From: Eledone cirrhosa
Lineage: Eukaryota
Direction: 5' to 3'
Assembly: GCA_964016885.1 (NCBI GenBank)
Contig: OZ024740.1
Span: 332,382,001-332,446,000, forward strand
Length of the DNA: 64,000 nt
In this document: positions 57,427 to 64,000 of the stretch, piece by piece
Layout of the letters: each line of letters opens with the position of its first letter
How positions within the stretch are numbered: position 1 is the stretch's first letter
Position numbers and translations under genes: made by a program
Notes under the pieces: generated by a model
Told to the model about the DNA's origin: nothing
Databases searched by the model: none
Seen by the model: only the letters and a program-made list of their open reading frames with translations

Positions 57427-57760
57427 TGGCTTAGTGGTAAGATCGTCATGCATACAATCGTGAGGTGGTGAATTTGATTGTCGGACCTAGCTCTGCATTG
57501 TGTCCTTGAGCAAGATACTTAATTTAACTTTGCTTCAGTTCAATCAGCTGTAGAAATGAGTTGCAACCTCATTGATAACAAGCTATATCGGCTTTTGCCT
57601 TTCTGTTGAGCAACATCGGTGGCCTAGAGGGCTGTGACTGCTATGCATGGCCGACTGCTGGTCTTCTACGAACGAGGTTGCCGGAGATTATGACACGAAG
57701 GGGAACTTTCTAGGTGCAAACCCCATGGTTAATCCTGACCGAAGGGGCTCTTTACCCTTT
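57427..57760 (+). mobile_element. tRNA-derived SINE
   Basis: TGGCTTAGTGGTAAG head, TTGTGTCCTTGAGCAAGA.ACTT core, ends before (CA)n. Confidence 0.75.
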
Positions 57761-57879
57761 ACCATACATACACACACACACATTCACATACACACACACA
57801 CACACACATACAGCCACACACGCCCACACACCCCACACATACCCCACACCCCACACATATATATATATGATACGTATTT

Positions 57880-58145
57880 CCTTGGAAAAGGTAAAGGAAA
57901 GAAGAGTACTCTATGTATAGTACAGAGCTTTTTAGTTATGTTATAAACAATACAATATCATTATTCCATTACCCAAGGTTTCACGGAGTCAGTTGATTCT
58001 AAAATAAGCGTCTGGATCCGTTCATCAGATAGAAATATTTATTTGGATATAAGATATGGTATTAACATCTATTACAGTATATATCTCATATCCAAATAAA
58101 GATTTCTATTTCATGAATATAATGTGTTGTTTATTACATAATTAA
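57880..58145 (-). mobile_element. Fold-back pLTR with hammerhead (57964-58034 minus)
   Basis: UUCUAU-CUGAUGA-ACGGA..UCCGU-GAAAC-CUUGG-GUA-AUGGAA; tail hairpin 57904-57928. Confidence 0.78.
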
Positions 58146-58155
58146 ATATATAAAT

Positions 58156-58205
<50 letters not shown>

Positions 58206-58208
<3 letters not shown>

Positions 58209-58345
58209 CGATGGAAATGTGGTAAGGAACCAGGTGGACCATAACGCACCAAAGTACTCAATACTTAGGGTAGTAGAGTGGGTAATAGTCCAGAATAAGC
58301 CGTCGAAACGGTTTGAGCTCAGCCGTCGGGGTCCTACTCGTTCCT
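58206..58345. mobile_element. 140-bp minimal derivative of the 25971-28588 family
   Basis: 58206-58287 is the tail (minus), joined to 58287-58345, which matches 28451-28509 (plus). Confidence 0.85.
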
Positions 58346-58395
58346 ATATATATATGACCTTTTCTGTTTTCAACGGAAATTTCAATACTTATATA

Positions 58396-58972
<577 letters not shown>

Positions 58973-59440
58973 GTTGTCTCCCCTTCCCGCTTCGTGTCGC
59001 TATGATACTTCCTCAGTCAAAAACTGCTGGAATTTCAAATTTGGCGGTCATTCGAGGTGAGAGAAAGCAACTTTACGGACACAACTTTTGACAGCGGTAA
59101 GAAATTGTTTTCTTATATCTATGTTTAACGGGCTTCCACTGATGATTTATAAGTACCCACCTAAATATATTCTTACATGAATATATATTAGGCTTCTACA
59201 TAAACTGGAAACATTCTCCCAACTTGTAGAAAACTTATAATGAAACAATTGTTTGGAAAGAGAGATATACTTTAACTTTAATTATATCTCATAAAATAAT
59301 ACAACTGGTTTTTCCACATTATACATATTGTTAGCACCCCAAACACTTAAATTGGGTTTATATTTTAATATAACCTAATGTTTGTTGAGTGAGATGGTTA
59401 CCAGTCAGAGTTTAGCTTTAAACTATCTCTGTTATTGTAT

Positions 59441-59580
<140 letters not shown>

Positions 59581-59877
59581 CTAGATGATTCAGTGAATTA
59601 CTGGTGGTGGTACCTGTGTATCGACCTGTCACTCCCGGTTCGCAGAGAATTTGCTCAGCGTCAACCATAGAAATTATGGGACCGACTCCATTATCATTGT
59701 GTTCTTCAGACAGGGGATTTGACAAAAAAAATGTACATTTTGACGCATTGCCAGACCGAAGAGTAGATCGATAATGGATCGGGTCCATCATTACTATGGC
59801 TGACTGCTTGATACATAATAAAACTCTAAATACATGTAAAAGTAACTTCATCTTTCTTTTATATATATATATATATA

Positions 59878-60190
59878 TGATATTAATAAATGGAAACTAT
59901 ATTTATAAAACCATATTTATTCTATTATATATATTTCAGGAAAAACTACCCAGGAAAAACTTCCTGGATGTGTAAATGTTTATAAAACAAACTTTGTATT
60001 TTATCTGATGAGAGCGTACCAAAGTGTTGGAACCCTTGAAATATATATAATAGAATAAATATGGTTTCATAAATACAGTTTCCATTTATTATATCATTGA
60101 TATTATACTCCAAAAAACTTGTCGACTGCTTCGAATCAGTTATAAATATATATATTTGTTGAATTACCAACAAATTAAATATCCGTCTTG

Positions 60191-60192
<2 letters not shown>
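59878..60192 (+). mobile_element. Fold-back copy of the 17240 family (hammerhead 59999-60055)
   Basis: Left arm 59878-59937 inverted to 60037-60098; UUUUAU-CUGAUGA..GAAAU-AUAU-AUA-AUAGAA; tail 60099-60192. Confidence 0.85.
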
Positions 60193-60264
<72 letters not shown>

Positions 60265-61028
60265 TGTATATAAGCTTTGTACAACCATTTTTCTATGTTG
60301 GCATAGGTTAGGCAGGTTGCAGCTCACCATTTTCAGAAGAATGTTGTTATTATTTAGGCAATACATATTACTTCAAGCAAGAATATGTGCAAATGTAACA
60401 ATATATGAAGATAATAATGTACGTTGTGATATATAACATTATTTTCTTTATTTTCCTCCGTAAATCAGTTTCGGATATTGCTATAACCAAATAGATAGCC
60501 TCAGTTTCAAACGTTATTCCTATTGCCTTTAGAACCTATCGGGAATAATATATATCAATGTTTATTTTTTATTTTTAGGTATCTTTACGGTTAAAATAAC
60601 TGGTGTAACACAAAGATACATCGACTATTACAGTACACGCAAGTAGCTTTAGACCTTGTTCCGTACTATGAACAGAAACATGAAAATGTAGTCTGATATA
60701 TTGAAAGTGCCTTTTTGTCAGTGGAAATTATTAGCTTTCTGATATTATTAAAATGTTGCAGATTATTTACTTTCAGAGATGAACAGATTGTTATTCAACT
60801 ATAATTGTCAGAGACAATTGTTCTTCGATGCTTCAGGATAAAAGCGTTAAAGCTAACACCTATCTGACTGTTATTTGTTGAGTAGAAGGTTTTACGCCTG
60901 AATACATATTTCTACATACATTTCACACTTGTTATTTATCTACTCTTAGGTTACGAGTATCTGGCGAAACAAATGTTTCTCTCACTCTCCCGTCTCTCAT
61001 TCTGTATATATATATACTAATACATATA

Positions 61029-61159
<131 letters not shown>

Positions 61160-61733
61160 GTACGTGTGTGTGTGCGTGTGTGTGTGTGTGTAGATAAACA
61201 CACACAAACGTGCATATCGTTTACTTAATTCCCAAACATGGCCAAACAAAAGCCATGTTATGTATTATCTGAAATTCATTATATTCCTGTGGAACTCAGT
61301 TGTTACCTGGTGAACAAGAAAAAAATCAAACAGACCGAGGTAACAAATATTATATCGGAATTCAATGGGTGCGATATATTTGATGCACAAGGCTGTATTC
61401 TGCAAATGAGCATGATTGAAATTGAGAAAAGTAGAATTTGTCAATAACCGTCCCTACTTCTATTGAATATCCGGGTGTGTTTGTACAAATATTATCTGAA
61501 TGCGAATTCCATGGGTGTTCATACTTAAATCTGCTCTGACTAACTGATCACTATTAAAAGAACATCACACAATATACAGATTGCTTTGTTCACCCCCTAC
61601 TTCCCCTAATAGACCTTAACACCTTATTATGTTTTACCCATATCGCTGGCCGTAAACCTTCTAGTTATTATGCGTTTAGCATTCGCGCTTTATTTCCACG
61701 CGCGGATAACCACCACACACATATATACATACA

Positions 61734-61839
<106 letters not shown>

Positions 61840-62203
61840 TATATATGTGTGTGTGCGTGTGTGTGTGTGTGTGTGTTTTGGTAGATGATAAATTCTAAGT
61901 TATGTCAATTTAGGGAGTGAGAGCAAAGTGGTACAGCATGTTTCTTTGTCACTTCTCAAGCCTTGGCAGCCCGCTGCAGCTGTCTACATATCCTCTGATG
62001 CAGTCTCTGGAACAAACAGGACATAAGTGACACGTCAGTCATTGACATCACCCGACTGAACTAACTAAAACTACTGGACACTACAGGATACTATCATCTC
62101 TTATATATAAATACACACCCACACACACACACAAACACACACACACACACACACACATACGCACCCACACACCCACACGCACACACACGCCCCCCCACAC
62201 ACA

Positions 62204-62248
<45 letters not shown>

Positions 62249-62480
62249 TTATATATGTATGTATATATATATAAAGCATAACATTACTCCAGTTTCAATA
62301 ATTCTTCGATTTTCAAGCATCGCTTACGTTATAGTAACATTCATCCTTATCATAGTTTTGTAATTGATTACTCTATTGAATCAAGTTATATATAAATTCT
62401 ATCAATCCATTTGTTATAGTTGCAAGATCTACGACTGTAACGTCTCTTCTTAGCTCTTTCCCTCCCTGATCCATCATTCA

Positions 62481-62593
<113 letters not shown>

Positions 62594-63741
62594 ACGCGAC
62601 GTGGAATGCCTTGCCCCATATGCGTGTATATAAATGCCGAGTTTGATGAAGAGTAATATATATTTACTGTAATTTGAAGCATAGCAGTTTGTTATTGCTT
62701 CTGACTAGACTAGCCTAGATTTAAAAACGGGAATTTGTATTCAACTGTTGTATGTTTGTTATTTTATGACGACTTCTTTGAATAACGTCTTCAGAAAACA
62801 AAGTAATGCAAGGCATAGTTATCTCCATACATATATGATAAAAAAAAGTGTTGGCATTCCTCGTGTCTCTCAGTCGATTTAAGTATAATTTATATGCAAC
62901 ATTTGCATTGCAGCGTATTACTGAGAGCAAAAGACATAGCACATTACGAGTTGCTATTATTTCAGTCGATTTCAAAACAAACCAATTACGATGGATGGAA
63001 TATCAGTTTTTATTACATTGTTTGAATCATGGCCAAATTCTAAGAGAATAGTGCTTTACGATTATGCCAAAAATAACAACGAACATTCTTATTTCTTTAG
63101 TATAGAATAACAGAATAGTATGTTCTTTCTTAACCATTGCATGTAATAGGAGGCTGGTGTATAGCTCCTTTTATCAGCTTAACTGGATCTTTACTCACAT
63201 TAATCGTGTTCTTGAAAATCCAATTGTCTTCATAAATTACGCCAGACTGACACTCTCCAGTTAAACCAAGAGTAATAAAGTCACACGTAGAATCATTTCG
63301 TATAACAAAACTCAATTAATGATTTACCAAAGTCTTCAATTTGTTTCAGGACATTTTGTTTTGAATTGCAGCAAGTAACACATTTTTTAATACCATTCAT
63401 TCAGCTCTGTCATAATTGAAATATGTGTCTCAGCTAAAAGTTAAGTATGTTAGTAAATCAAGAAAATCTTAACATTAATATAGTATTTTGTAAATGTGGC
63501 GAAAGATTATAAGTTATTGTTTTAAAAAAAAACAATATATATATTCATTATTCATCGTAATCTCCTAGCAAAAAATAAAAGATTAAACAAACCAGAATTA
63601 ACACAGGCACACATACACAGACACATATATACATCCACGCATCTACCCAAAATCATCCACCCACAGTCTCAGAGAAACACATATGTATATAGTAAGGAAA
63701 AACAATGGAGATTCTTTTACATTTTTCTTTTGATTAACGAC

Positions 63742-63809
63742 CTGTTACGTAAGTTTCACAGCAAATAGATGCTGCGCCCGACTGTAGCATATATTTCCTC
63801 GTCAGATTT
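63742..63809 (-). ncRNA. Hammerhead with decayed stem I
   Basis: CUGACGA-long stem II (AAAUAUAUGCU/AGCAUCUAUUU)-GAAAC-UUAC-GUA. Confidence 0.55.
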
Positions 63810-64000
63810 GACGATTCAATAAAATACAGAGTATGCTCGATGACATCAGTAATTTTTTGAGAGTATAAAGATATATATATATAGCTATCGTCTACAGAGA
63901 AGATGGCTACACATGAATCCCTGTTCATTTCCGATCTCATTTGAAAGAATCTTTATGTCTCAGGCGGGAACGGCCTAGAAACCTAGACCCCACTGTAGGA

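Overview
AT-rich, microsatellite-dense eukaryotic (animal) DNA. The repeat content resembles an octopus/cephalopod genome, which is an inference. No host protein-coding gene is supported; most ORFs in the track are microsatellite translations. The window is a patchwork of retroelements: Dong/R4-like RLE LINEs in (TAA)n, RTE LINEs (one with a twin-priming-type 5' inversion), tRNA-derived SINEs, three non-autonomous Helitrons, and many Penelope-like (Naiad-type GIY-YIG) elements and their short derivatives in (TA)n. The main signal is an architecture shared by about ten families that show no obvious similarity elsewhere. Each has a type I hammerhead ribozyme (about 25 cores found by eye, including U3-A8 covariants) and a fold-back (inverted) structure with two fixed, asymmetric ends. 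Each also has a short tail carrying a covarying bulged hairpin, RCUC-stem-loop-UH-GAGY-RCUY, starting about 3-10 nt beyond the inverted-arm end. I do not recognise this hairpin as a described motif. All alignments and folds were done by eye; coordinates may be off by a few nt.
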